From an uncultured Gemmatimonadales bacterium (GTDB taxonomy: Bacteria > Gemmatimonadota > Gemmatimonadetes > Gemmatimonadales > Gemmatimonadaceae), in the NCBI GenBank assembly GCA_963701965.1, contig OY969695.1, forward strand, positions 2,464,001 through 2,528,000: a stretch of DNA of 64,000 bases, written 5' to 3'. Under the pieces are notes generated by a model. The model had not been told where the DNA came from. It saw nothing but the letters and a program-made list of their open reading frames with translations, and ran no database searches. Both the position numbers and the translations under genes were made by a program. Shown piece after piece: positions 55,528 through 64,000 of this stretch (within the stretch, counting starts at the first letter, position 1; each line of letters begins with the position of its first letter).

Positions 55528-57285
55528 CCCCGCGCCAAACGGGGCGACGGGCGGAATCGAGATGGGCAGCCGCCCCGTGACCGGGGCCAGCCCGAGGATG
55601 CCGCGGGCGGCGGCCTCCTGCGAGACCGGAAACCCGCCCCAGGCGACTACGTAGGTCGGCACCCCCGGCACCTGCTGCAGGAAGTACGGATTCCCCAGCG
55701 CCACCACGACCGGCCGGCGGCCGCGCGCCACGAGCTGATCGATGAACCCCACGACCGAGCCCGGCGCCTCGATGGTCGTCACGTCCCAACTCTGCGCGAC
55801 GTAGGAGCCGACGATCGTCACGTCGGCCGAGTCGGCTGACCTGAGCAAGTCGGCGAAGAGATCGCCTGGCTGGTCGGAATCGACGTAGGCCGTGTGCAGC
55901 GCCGGGAACGCCTGCCGCAGGATCGCGTTGAACGCCGTCCCGGCGCCGAGATCGGCGCGGTGGGCGATCGTGATCGACAGCACGCGCGCGCCGCGGTTCA
56001 AGCGGCCGAGAGGAAGCTCGTGCAGCGAATCCTTCACGGTGGTGATCGACCGCTCCGCCACGGTGCGGGCCAGCGCCTGACCGGCGGAGTCGCCGACGAT
56101 CAGGGAGACGCTGTCCAGCGAAACGGTCCGAGTCCGGACCAGTCCAAGCTGGTGCTTCATAGCCAGGAGCTTCCGCACCGCGTCGTCGAGCCGCGACGCC
56201 GGGTAACGGCCTTCCTGCACACCGGCCACGATGGCATCGATCGCCTGGGCGACGTCGACGGGCTGGATCAGCACATCCGCGCCTGCCGCGACGGCGCGTT
56301 TGACCGACTCCACCGCGCCGTACTGCACAAGGACACCCTGCATGTCCATGGCGTCGGAGAACACGACGCCGTTGAACCCCAGCTTCTCGCGCAGCAGTCC
56401 GGTGAGCACGGGCCGCGACAGCGTCCCTGGCGCGCCGCTCGAATCGAGGGCCGGCATCGACCCGTGAAAGGACATGATGGCGCCCACGCCGGCGGCGATC
56501 GCGGCCCGGAAGGGCACCAACTCCACCGTGTCGAGCCGCGCCCGGCTCACGGACACCACCGGGAGTCCGAGGTGGGAGTTCGTCTCCGTGTCCCCGTGCC
56601 CTGGGAAATGCTTGCCCGTCGCGATCATCCCGTGGTCCTGCAGCCCGCGGATGAAGGCGCGCCCGAACGCGGCGTCGAGCGCCGGCGACTCCCCGTAGGA
56701 CCGGGTGTTGATGACCGGATTCGCGGCGTTGTTGTTGACGTCGAGCACCGGGGCGTAGTCGATCTGGATGCCGAGGGCGCGGCCTTCCAGGGCCGTTACC
56801 CGGGCCTCCTCGTACGCCAGCATCGTGTCCCGCGTCGCGCCGAACGCCATCTCCCGGCGGAAAAGTCACGGCGCCGCCCAGGTCGATGGCGTTGGGCAGG
56901 AAGTACCCGCCCCGCGCCCGCTGGCCCGCGCCGAACTCGAGGTCGGCGCCCACCAGGAGCGGCAATGCCGCGGCGCGTTGCAAGGCATTGAGCTTGGCGG
57001 CGATCTCGATCGGCGATCCCACCGACACCGTCACGCCGCCGACGCCCTCGTCGGTCACGTAGTGGGTCAACGCCCGCCACTGGGGCGAGTCGCGACTCAC
57101 GAAGTCGCCCTTGAGCGACGGCCAGATCATCTGCGCGGCCTTTTGCCGCACGCTCATAGTGCGCAGGACCGAATCGGCCCAGACGTGGGCCGCGTCCCGC
57201 GAGGGCGCTGTCATTTTTGGCGCCGCCGGCTGCGCCGTCGCGCAACCAGCCGCCAGAATTCCGGCCAGCGCGACCCGCGCTACCA
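55510..57285 (-). CDS. GH3 beta-N-acetylglucosaminidase-like lipoprotein; +1 frameshift at ~56854, start uncertain
   Basis: ADLEFG, APVLDVNNN, KHFPGHGD, SDAMDM; an extra G in CCGGGAG breaks TFPP-EMAFG. Confidence 0.88.
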
Positions 57286-57558
57286 GTTGATAGTCCCTTG
57301 CTTGGTCGTGTCGACGTCTTCCTGATGGCCGCTCTTGAACAGGAACGCGTCGAGATTGCGGGTCAAAAACGCCCGCGCCTGGGGGTCCATCACGTTCAAC
57401 CCGTAGTGGTTGATCAGCATGGTCTGTTGCTTGAGCCATAGCCCCCAGCACTCGCGGCAGATCTCGGCCACGATCCGTTGTCCCATGGCGCCAGGAAACG
57501 GCGCGCGCTCGAATCCGTCGCGAGTCTGCCCGCAACGGCTGCACTTCACATCAGCCAT
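57280..57558 (-). CDS. yggX: Fe(II)-trafficking / oxidative damage protection protein
   Basis: PFPGAMGQRI...CWGLWLKQQTMLINHYGLN. Confidence 0.9.
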   Translation of the reverse strand: MADVKCSRCGQTRDGFERAPFPGAMGQRIVAEICRECWGLWLKQQTMLINHYGLNVMDPQARAFLTRNLDAFLFKSGHQEDVDTTKQGTINW

Positions 57559-57569
57559 GGGACCACCCG

Positions 57570-58325
57570 TCAGGACGTCGCGCGCGCGTACTGGACTTTG
57601 GCCAATCGCACGAGCTCCAGGGTCCGGATATACATCCACCCGATGTCGAACTCGTACCACTTGGCTTTGAACTTGGCGGAGTGGGGATCGGAGTGGTGGT
57701 TGTTGTGCAGCTCTTCGCCGCCCAGCCAGATCGCGACCGGGAGGATGTTCCGGCTCTCATCCTTGACGTTGAAGTTCCGGTAGCCGATCGCGTGGCCGAC
57801 GCCGTTGATGACGCCCGCGGCCCAGAACGGAATCCAGATCATTTGGACGCCCCAGACGATGGCGCCCACCATGAGGCCGAACAGATAGAGGTCGATCCCC
57901 AGCAGGAGGATGATGCCGAGGGTGTTGCGGCGGGTCAGGAGATGCCGCTCCAGCCAGTCGTTCGGGGTCCCTTTGCCGTACTTCTCGAGCACGCCCGGCA
58001 TGGTCACCGTCTGCCGGTAGTAGAAGGCGCCCTTGATCATGATGTTCCGCAGCCCCTCCAGCAACGGGCTGTGCGGATCACCCTCGCGGTCGGCGAACGC
58101 GTGGTGCTTCCGGTGGACCGCCACCCACTCTTTGGTGACGATCGACGTCGTCAACCAGAGCCACATCCGCATTGGGACCGAAGCGATGGCGTGAAAGCTC
58201 ACACTGCGGTGGGTCTGTGACCGATGTAGAAACAGCGTCACGCACACGTTGGTGATGTGGCCGGCGACCACCACGAAGACGATCGGGATCCACCAGTGCG
58301 ATGACAGGATGGCGTAGAACGGCAT
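57570..58325 (-). CDS. desA: Delta-9 fatty acid desaturase
   Basis: His boxes HRSQTH, HRKHH, HNNHH; EFDIGW. Confidence 0.92.
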   Translation of the reverse strand: MPFYAILSSHWWIPIVFVVVAGHITNVCVTLFLHRSQTHRSVSFHAIASVPMRMWLWLTTSIVTKEWVAVHRKHHAFADREGDPHSPLLEGLRNIMIKGAFYYRQTVTMPGVLEKYGKGTPNDWLERHLLTRRNTLGIILLLGIDLYLFGLMVGAIVWGVQMIWIPFWAAGVINGVGHAIGYRNFNVKDESRNILPVAIWLGGEELHNNHHSDPHSAKFKAKWYEFDIGWMYIRTLELVRLAKVQYARATS

Positions 58326-58470
58326 GACTCTCCTAGGCAAGTATCAACTGATCCAATGTACCGTTCTCCCCGGCGCGTGGGTAGTTATTGTCCCACAGGG
58401 GCTTAACCAGGGACGCTCGGCTCGCTTCGAGCGCCACGCCCGCGCAAGCGCCGCGATTAAACTTGGGTCC

Positions 58471-59487
58471 GTGACCGACGCGCTCCCGCCCCACCACCGC
58501 CCCGGCGGCGGCTTCCAGAACCCGTGGGGACCCGGCAGCCAGCAGGGACGCATCGGCGCGTTTCTCAAATGGGTCCTGCTCGACCGTCCGCGCGACCAGA
58601 CCCGGGGCACCGATCGGCGCGCGGCGTTCGCGGCCACCCACCCGCCGACAACGCCCGCCATCGCGCATCCGCGCGCCGACGCGGGCGCGCTGACGCTCAC
58701 GTGGATCGGACACTCGAGCTTTCTCGTCCAAATCGGCGCCCAGAACATCCTGCTGGACCCGATGTGGAGCGACCGGGCATCGCCCGTCGGATGGGCCGGA
58801 CCGCGCCGCTGGCGGCCACCCGGCCTGCGTTTGGATGCGCTGCCGCCGGTCGATGCGATCGTGCAGTCGCACGACCACTACGACCACTTGGACGCGCCGA
58901 CGGTCCGCCAACTCGTGCGCCGCCACCCGGCAGCCGTCTGGGTCGCACCGCTCGGCGTCGCGTCATGGCTGCGCCGCCGCGGCGCCGCCGACGTGCGCGA
59001 GCTGGACTGGTGGGCAAAAACGACCGTCGGGCCACTGACCATTAACGCGACGCCGGCCCAGCACTTCTCGGGACGGCGTCCCGACAACCGGAACAGCACC
59101 CTGTGGTCCGGGTGGTCGATCCGCGGCGGCGGCCGATCCGTGTTCTTCGTTGGCGACACAGGGTTCCACCCGGTGTTTCCCGAGATCGGACAGCGCCTTG
59201 GTCCCTTCGACGCCGTGCTCATGCCGATCGGTGCCTACGACCCGGCGTGGTTCATGGGTCCGGTGCACATCAACCCGGAGCACGCGGTCCAGGCTTTTGT
59301 CTCCCTGGCCAGTGGTGGCGCGGTCATGGGAGCGATGCACTGGGGGACGTTCAAGCTCACCGACGAGCCAATGGACGAACCCCCGGTCCGCGCGCGCGCG
59401 GCCTGGCAACGCGCGGGACTCGACCCGGGAAAGCTCTGGATCCCATCGCCCGGCGAGACGAAACGCTGGCCGTTATCCACGCACTGA
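58471..59487 (+). CDS. MBL-fold metallo-hydrolase (NAPE-PLD/RomA-like)
   Basis: TWIGHSSF, SHDHYDHLD, PAQHFSGR, PIGAY, MHWGTF. Confidence 0.93.
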   Translation: MTDALPPHHRPGGGFQNPWGPGSQQGRIGAFLKWVLLDRPRDQTRGTDRRAAFAATHPPTTPAIAHPRADAGALTLTWIGHSSFLVQIGAQNILLDPMWSDRASPVGWAGPRRWRPPGLRLDALPPVDAIVQSHDHYDHLDAPTVRQLVRRHPAAVWVAPLGVASWLRRRGAADVRELDWWAKTTVGPLTINATPAQHFSGRRPDNRNSTLWSGWSIRGGGRSVFFVGDTGFHPVFPEIGQRLGPFDAVLMPIGAYDPAWFMGPVHINPEHAVQAFVSLASGGAVMGAMHWGTFKLTDEPMDEPPVRARAAWQRAGLDPGKLWIPSPGETKRWPLSTH

Positions 59488-59548
59488 GCTACCGTAGAGG
59501 GAGATCAGCAGGCGCACTCACCCTCACTGTCTTATCGGAGTCAGCGCC

Positions 59549-60085
59549 ATGGCCAGTTCGAAACGCACCCGTCGCACCAGCAAGTCGCACCGCAAGCCAT
59601 CGCGCGCCAAGGCGGCCAAGCGCACGGTGACGCGCGCGTCGTCCGCGCGCAAATCGACACGCAGCGCATCGAAGCGCAGCGCGCCGAAGCGCAAGAAGGC
59701 CGCCGTCCGGAGAGCCGCCGCCAAGACCGCTCCCAAAGCCGCCGTGAAGGCGAAGACGGCGAAAGCGGCGAAGCCAGTCGCTGTCGCGAAGCCCATGCTC
59801 GCGAAGCCCGCGGTCGCGAAGTCTGCGGTCGCGAAGCCTGTGGTCGCGAAGCCCGCAGCGGCGAAGCCGATGATGGCCAAGCCCGCCGAAACGGCCAGCA
59901 CGCCGGGCGGTGGCAAGGTGCCGAACATTGCGGCGAAGCCCGTGCCGCCCGCACCAGCCCCAGTGGAAGCCGCCGCACCGCGCCGGGTGAGTCGCGCCGA
60001 CCGGACCGCGGCACCGGCCGCCACGCCGGTACCAGCCGCGCCAGCGGCCGCGCCCACGACACCGCCCAATACGACCCGGGCGTAG
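59549..60085 (+). CDS. Histone-H1-like basic low-complexity protein
   Basis: R/K/S-rich N-terminus, (V/A)AKP pentapeptide repeats; RBS GGAG. Confidence 0.7.
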   Translation: MASSKRTRRTSKSHRKPSRAKAAKRTVTRASSARKSTRSASKRSAPKRKKAAVRRAAAKTAPKAAVKAKTAKAAKPVAVAKPMLAKPAVAKSAVAKPVVAKPAAAKPMMAKPAETASTPGGGKVPNIAAKPVPPAPAPVEAAAPRRVSRADRTAAPAATPVPAAPAAAPTTPPNTTRA

Positions 60086-60097
60086 TCGGGGACAGCG

Positions 60098-61477
60098 CTA
60101 GACGTTCTTGACCTCGCTCACGAGCTTCGTGAGCGAGGCCTTGGCGTCCCCAAAGAGCATGCTCGTCTTGGCATTGTAGAACAATTCGTTCTCGATACCG
60201 GCGAATCCGGGACTCATCCCGCGCTTCATGACGATCACGCTCCGCGCGCGATCCACGTTCAGGATCGGCATACCGTAGATCGGGCTCGCCGGATCGTTCC
60301 GCGCGGCGGGATTGACGACATCGTTGGCCCCGATCACCAGCGCGATGTCCGCCAACTCGAACTCGCCATTGATGTCTTCCATGTCGTACAGCCGGTCGTA
60401 CGGCACGTTGGCCTCGGCCAACAACACGTTCATGTGCCCGGGCATGCGGCCGGCCACAGGGTGAATGGCGTACTTGACGTCGCCGCCCCGCTTCTCGATG
60501 AGATCCGCCAACTCGCGCACGATGTGCTGGGACTGGGCCACGGCCATGCCGTAGCCCGGCACGATGATCACGCGCGACGCATACGCCAGCCGCAACGCCG
60601 CATCCTCGGCTGTCACGGGGCGCACCACCAACCCGACCGCGCTCTTGGTCGCGCTGGCCGCCACGGGACTCCCGAACGCCCCGAAGAGCACGTTGGCGAA
60701 CGACCGGTTCATCGCCTTGCTCATGAGGATCGAGAGCAGGAACCCGGACGCGCCGTCCAACGCGCCGGCGATGATGAGCACGTTGTTGCCGATCGCGAAC
60801 CCGGTGGCCGCGGACGCGAGGCCGGCGTACGAGTTGAGCAGCGACACGACCACGGGCATGTCGGCGCCGCCAATCGGCAGCACCATCGACACGCCGATCA
60901 CCAAGCCCAGTGCGATCATGCCGTAGAAAAACATCGTTTGATCGGGCCGGGCGATCAGATACAGGAAGATCAGGAACGTGGCCGCGAACAACGAAAGGTT
61001 GACCGCGTTCTGGCCTTTGAACGTGATCGGCCGTCCCGGCACCAGCTCCTGCAGCTTGGCGAACGCCATGAAGCTGCCGGTGATCGTGAGGGACCCGAAC
61101 ATCACCTCGAAGCCGAGCGCGGTCATCCGCGCGTGCTCCAACACGCCGCCGGTGTTGTAGTACTCGGCCACCCCGACGAGCGTCGCCGCGATGGCGCCGA
61201 ACATGTGCGAGATCGCGATCCGCTGGGGCATCGCGGTCATCGGGACGAACATGCCCAGGGGATAGCCGACCACGGTCCCCACCGCGAGACCGGCCACGAT
61301 CCACTGGTACTCGACGATCTCGTGCTTGACGAGGGTCCCCGCGATCGCCAACACCATCCCGATGGCGGCCTGCTGCATCCCGCGCCGCGCGAACTCGGGC
61401 CGCGTGAGACTGCGCAGCCCGAGGATGAACATCACCGAAGCGGCGAGATACGAGCCTTCTGTGAAGAGGTCGCGCAT
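60098..61477 (-). CDS. pntB: NAD(P) transhydrogenase beta subunit
   Basis: PIGGADMPVVVSLLNSY, VPGYGMAVAQ, HPVAGRMPGHMNVLLAEA. Confidence 0.97.
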   Translation of the reverse strand: MRDLFTEGSYLAASVMFILGLRSLTRPEFARRGMQQAAIGMVLAIAGTLVKHEIVEYQWIVAGLAVGTVVGYPLGMFVPMTAMPQRIAISHMFGAIAATLVGVAEYYNTGGVLEHARMTALGFEVMFGSLTITGSFMAFAKLQELVPGRPITFKGQNAVNLSLFAATFLIFLYLIARPDQTMFFYGMIALGLVIGVSMVLPIGGADMPVVVSLLNSYAGLASAATGFAIGNNVLIIAGALDGASGFLLSILMSKAMNRSFANVLFGAFGSPVAASATKSAVGLVVRPVTAEDAALRLAYASRVIIVPGYGMAVAQSQHIVRELADLIEKRGGDVKYAIHPVAGRMPGHMNVLLAEANVPYDRLYDMEDINGEFELADIALVIGANDVVNPAARNDPASPIYGMPILNVDRARSVIVMKRGMSPGFAGIENELFYNAKTSMLFGDAKASLTKLVSEVKNV

Positions 61478-61481
61478 CAGG

Positions 61482-61799
61482 CTAGGACTGCTTCCCGTCG
61501 CCTTTCGGCGACCCGCCCGGCTGGCGCTTGAACATCTTGAGCATCCGATCGGTGATCAAGAAGCCGCCGACGACGTTGGTCATGGCGCTGGCGACGGCAA
61601 TGAAACCAAGGATCGTGCTGACGCGGGTCTCGTGTGAGCCGGCGGCGACCAGCGAGCCGACCAGCGAAATGCCGGAGATCGCGTTCGTCGCCGACATGAG
61701 CGGCGTGTGCAGCAGCGGAGGCACGCGCGTGATGACCTGGTACCCGACAAAGGCGGCGAGCACGAAAACGTACAGCTCGGTGGCCGACGTGACCGTCAT
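61482..61799 (-). CDS. pntAB: NAD(P) transhydrogenase alpha-2 subunit
   Basis: VPPLLHTPLMSATNAISG, GGFLITDRMLKMF. Confidence 0.96.
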   Translation of the reverse strand: MTVTSATELYVFVLAAFVGYQVITRVPPLLHTPLMSATNAISGISLVGSLVAAGSHETRVSTILGFIAVASAMTNVVGGFLITDRMLKMFKRQPGGSPKGDGKQS

Positions 61800-62907
61800 G
61801 GCTTCCCTCCGTTGTGCACGATCACCATGGCCCGCGTGATCTCGTCCTCGAGTTGCACCGGCAGCGCGCCGTCGGTCCCCAACTGCATCAATGCTCGATC
61901 AAGGCGACGACGTTCCGGCTGAACATCTGGCTGGCGTGGAGCGGCACGGTGGCCGCGATGTTCACGGGCCCTACGACGCGGACGCCATTGACGTCAATGG
62001 TCTCGCCGGCCCGCGTCACTTCGCAGTTGCCGCCGCTCTCGGCGGCCAGATCGACCACGACGGAGCCGGGGCGCATGCTCTCCACCATGCTCCGGGTGAT
62101 GAGCCGGGGCGCGGCCCGCCCCGGGACTTGCGCGGTCGTGATCACGACGTCGACCGTCGGCACGTGCGCGGCGAGCGCGGCGAGCGTGCGCTGTTGCTCG
62201 TCGTCGGTCTGGGCCCGGGCGTATCCGCCGGCCGCTTCCGCGGACTGGGTCACGGTTTCGGCGGCGATGAAGGTCGCGCCGAGACTCAGCACCTGCTCTC
62301 GCGCGGCAGGGCGGACGTCGAACGCGCTGACCACGGCGCCGAGGCGCCGCGCGGTGGCGATCGCCTGCAAGCCGGCGACGCCGGCGCCGATGACGAACAC
62401 GCGCGAGGGCACGAGGGTGCCGGCGGCGGTCGTCAGCATGGGGAAGAGCTTCCCCAGCTCGCCGGCGGCGAGCAACACGGCTTTGTAGCCGGCCACGGTC
62501 GCCTGCGACGAGAGCACGTCCATGGACTGGGCGCGCGTGATACGCGGCACCCGCTCCAGCGCGAGGGCCGTCACGCCGCGGCCGGCGAGGCGCGTCGGCA
62601 ATGCCTCGGCGTCGGGGCCGGTGCCCTGGAGACTGATCAACACCGCGCCGGCCGGCATCGCGTCGATCTCGGCCACGCTCGGCCGCTGGATCTTGACCAA
62701 AACCTGGGCGTCCCGAAACCCGTCGGCGATGAGCGCCGCGCCCGCGGCCGCATACGCGTCATCGGCGAACGACGCGGGCAGACCGGCGCCGCGCTCGACG
62801 CGGACGTGGGCCCCGGCTTTCACCAACATCCGCACGCCGTCGGGCACCACCGCGACCCGACGCTCGCCCGGCGCCGTCTCCCGCGGGATGGTCACGTCGA
62901 TCGGCAT
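61796..62907 (-). CDS. pntAA: NAD(P) transhydrogenase alpha-1 subunit; -1 frameshift at ~61890
   Basis: GERRVA, PRITRAQSMDVLSSQ, GAGVAGLQA, DLAAESGGNCE; one added T restores EHLMQL...EDEITRAM and a stop overlapping the next ATG. Confidence 0.93.
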
Positions 62908-62917
62908 GGTTCTGATG

Positions 62918-63793
62918 TTACCGCGTGGCGAGCCAGTCGGCGACCTTTTCGATGACGAGGTCCCGACCCGTGTCGACCGTGATGATATGGGCACCGTCGT
63001 CGACCCACACGATTTGCTTGTCCGCCGCGCCGAGGGTCGCGAACGCGGCGGTCGCGGCGGCCGACGCGATACGGTTGTCGTGATGGGACTGCACGACGAG
63101 GGTGGGCGCGCGAACGGCGGGCGCCGCCAGGGTGGCGGCGTCAACGACGGCGCGCAGCTCGCGCAGTAGCCGGGGGGTCGTGACGCCATAAGCGAGATTG
63201 CGGGCGGCCTCGGCGGGATCGCGGATCGAGCGTCCGCCACGGCCGCGCATATAACGCGTGAACACCGTGAGGAGCGGGGCTATCCGGCCGGCGAGTCGAA
63301 TGGTGCCGGGCATCGCGAGGTACGGGGCGATCAGCACGAGCGCCGGGAGATCCGGGGTTTCCGCCGCAAGGATCGTCGCCAGAGCTCCACCCATCGATAG
63401 GCCAAGGACCACGACGTGGTGGTGCTGGGCCCGAAGGCTGGCGTACTCGTGACGCACCGCGCCGATCCAGTCGGTGGCGCTCGAGCGGGCAAATGCGCTC
63501 AAGCTGCGGCCGTGGCCGGGCAGGAGCGGGGCGCGCACCGCCCACCCGGCCCGGGCGAGGGCCTGCGCTACGTACGCCAAGGTCTGCGGCGTATCCCCGA
63601 ACCCGTGGATCGCCAACACGGCCCCGCGTGGCGCGCCGGGAAGGGCGGGCAGATCAATGGTCCCGGCTCCCACGATGACGCCATCAGGACCGACGGGATG
63701 CCGGGCCCCAACCCACCGTTCAACCCGCCAGCCGATGATGGAGCGCCCGACGACCACCGCGGCGACGATGGCCGTGGCAATTGCCACGTACAT
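62918..63793 (-). CDS. Carboxylesterase / alpha-beta hydrolase
   Basis: IHGFGDTP, LLPGHG, GLSMGG, HIITVD. Confidence 0.9.
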   Translation of the reverse strand: MYVAIATAIVAAVVVGRSIIGWRVERWVGARHPVGPDGVIVGAGTIDLPALPGAPRGAVLAIHGFGDTPQTLAYVAQALARAGWAVRAPLLPGHGRSLSAFARSSATDWIGAVRHEYASLRAQHHHVVVLGLSMGGALATILAAETPDLPALVLIAPYLAMPGTIRLAGRIAPLLTVFTRYMRGRGGRSIRDPAEAARNLAYGVTTPRLLRELRAVVDAATLAAPAVRAPTLVVQSHHDNRIASAAATAAFATLGAADKQIVWVDDGAHIITVDTGRDLVIEKVADWLATR

Positions 63794-63820
63794 ATCGCCG
63801 CCAAGTTATACGCCGCTGGT

Positions 63821-63860
63821 GCTACGCCGCAGGCTTACGCCGCGGGCTTACGCCGCGGGC
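63821..63860. repeat. ~13-bp tandem repeat x3 copying the last codons and stop of the upstream gene
   Basis: GCTACGCCGCAG GCTTACGCCGCGG GCTTACGCCGCGG. Confidence 0.8.
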
Positions 63861-64000
63861 ATCCGGTCTTGCGGTCCACCGATATTGGCGGCGACGAGCG
63901 CGGGGGCCTCGCGGGTGCGCGCCAAGAGCTCGGACACCGAGGCGATGATGATCGCACCGGCCGAGCGCTCGGCGAGTCCGTCGGCTACGAGCTTGTTCAC
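63848..64000 (-). CDS. 3' end of a CDS, possibly a Crp/Fnr-type HTH regulator (partial)
   Basis: VNKLVADGLAERSAGAIIIASVSELL...MPAA-stop. Confidence 0.45.
   Translation of the reverse strand: MNKLVADGLAERSAGAIIIASVSELLARTREAPALVAANIGGPQDRMPAA

Noticed and set aside
56845..56870. Programmed ribosomal frameshifting in the GH3, pntAA or kimA-like genes
   Set aside because: No canonical slippery heptamer or stimulatory structure, and these families are not known to recode; sequencing error is simpler
1..64000. tRNA, rRNA, tmRNA, RNase P or SRP RNA genes
   Set aside because: No diagnostic motifs recognised in any intergenic gap by eye; a covariance search was not possible

Overview
GC-rich bacterial chromosomal window. 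The gene repertoire (non-Bacteroidota SusC/SusD pairs, MqnD, stand-alone TonB-C protein, chromosomal Rep-like gene) suggests Gemmatimonadota, which is an inference. About 60 CDS were identified and no tRNA, rRNA, CRISPR array or transposase was seen. Main blocks: (i) a LacI-controlled GH144/ABC glucan-utilisation operon that is decaying, with an internally deleted TonB-dependent receptor and a ~70-codon remnant of a large downstream gene; (ii) an Lhr helicase carrying two in-frame copies of a small hairpin element, with a third covarying copy in an intergenic region 7 kb away; (iii) a membrane-anchored protein with a degenerate [FeFe]-hydrogenase-like domain; (iv) a tandem-duplicated SusC/SusD locus flanked by a receiver-less OmpR-type regulator, a LytTR regulator, an internally duplicated LytS kinase/pseudokinase and an ECF sigma/anti-sigma pair; (v) housekeeping and signalling genes (mqnD, GAF kinase + HD-GYP regulator, two histone-H1-like proteins, a plasmid-type replication-initiator homologue, S41 protease, SPFH, csp, GH3, yggX, desaturase, pntAB). 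Many genes have a TANNNT box 6-9 nt before the start codon, consistent with leaderless transcription. Four single-base frameshifts are probably sequencing errors. All family calls come from motif recognition by eye; no database search was run.
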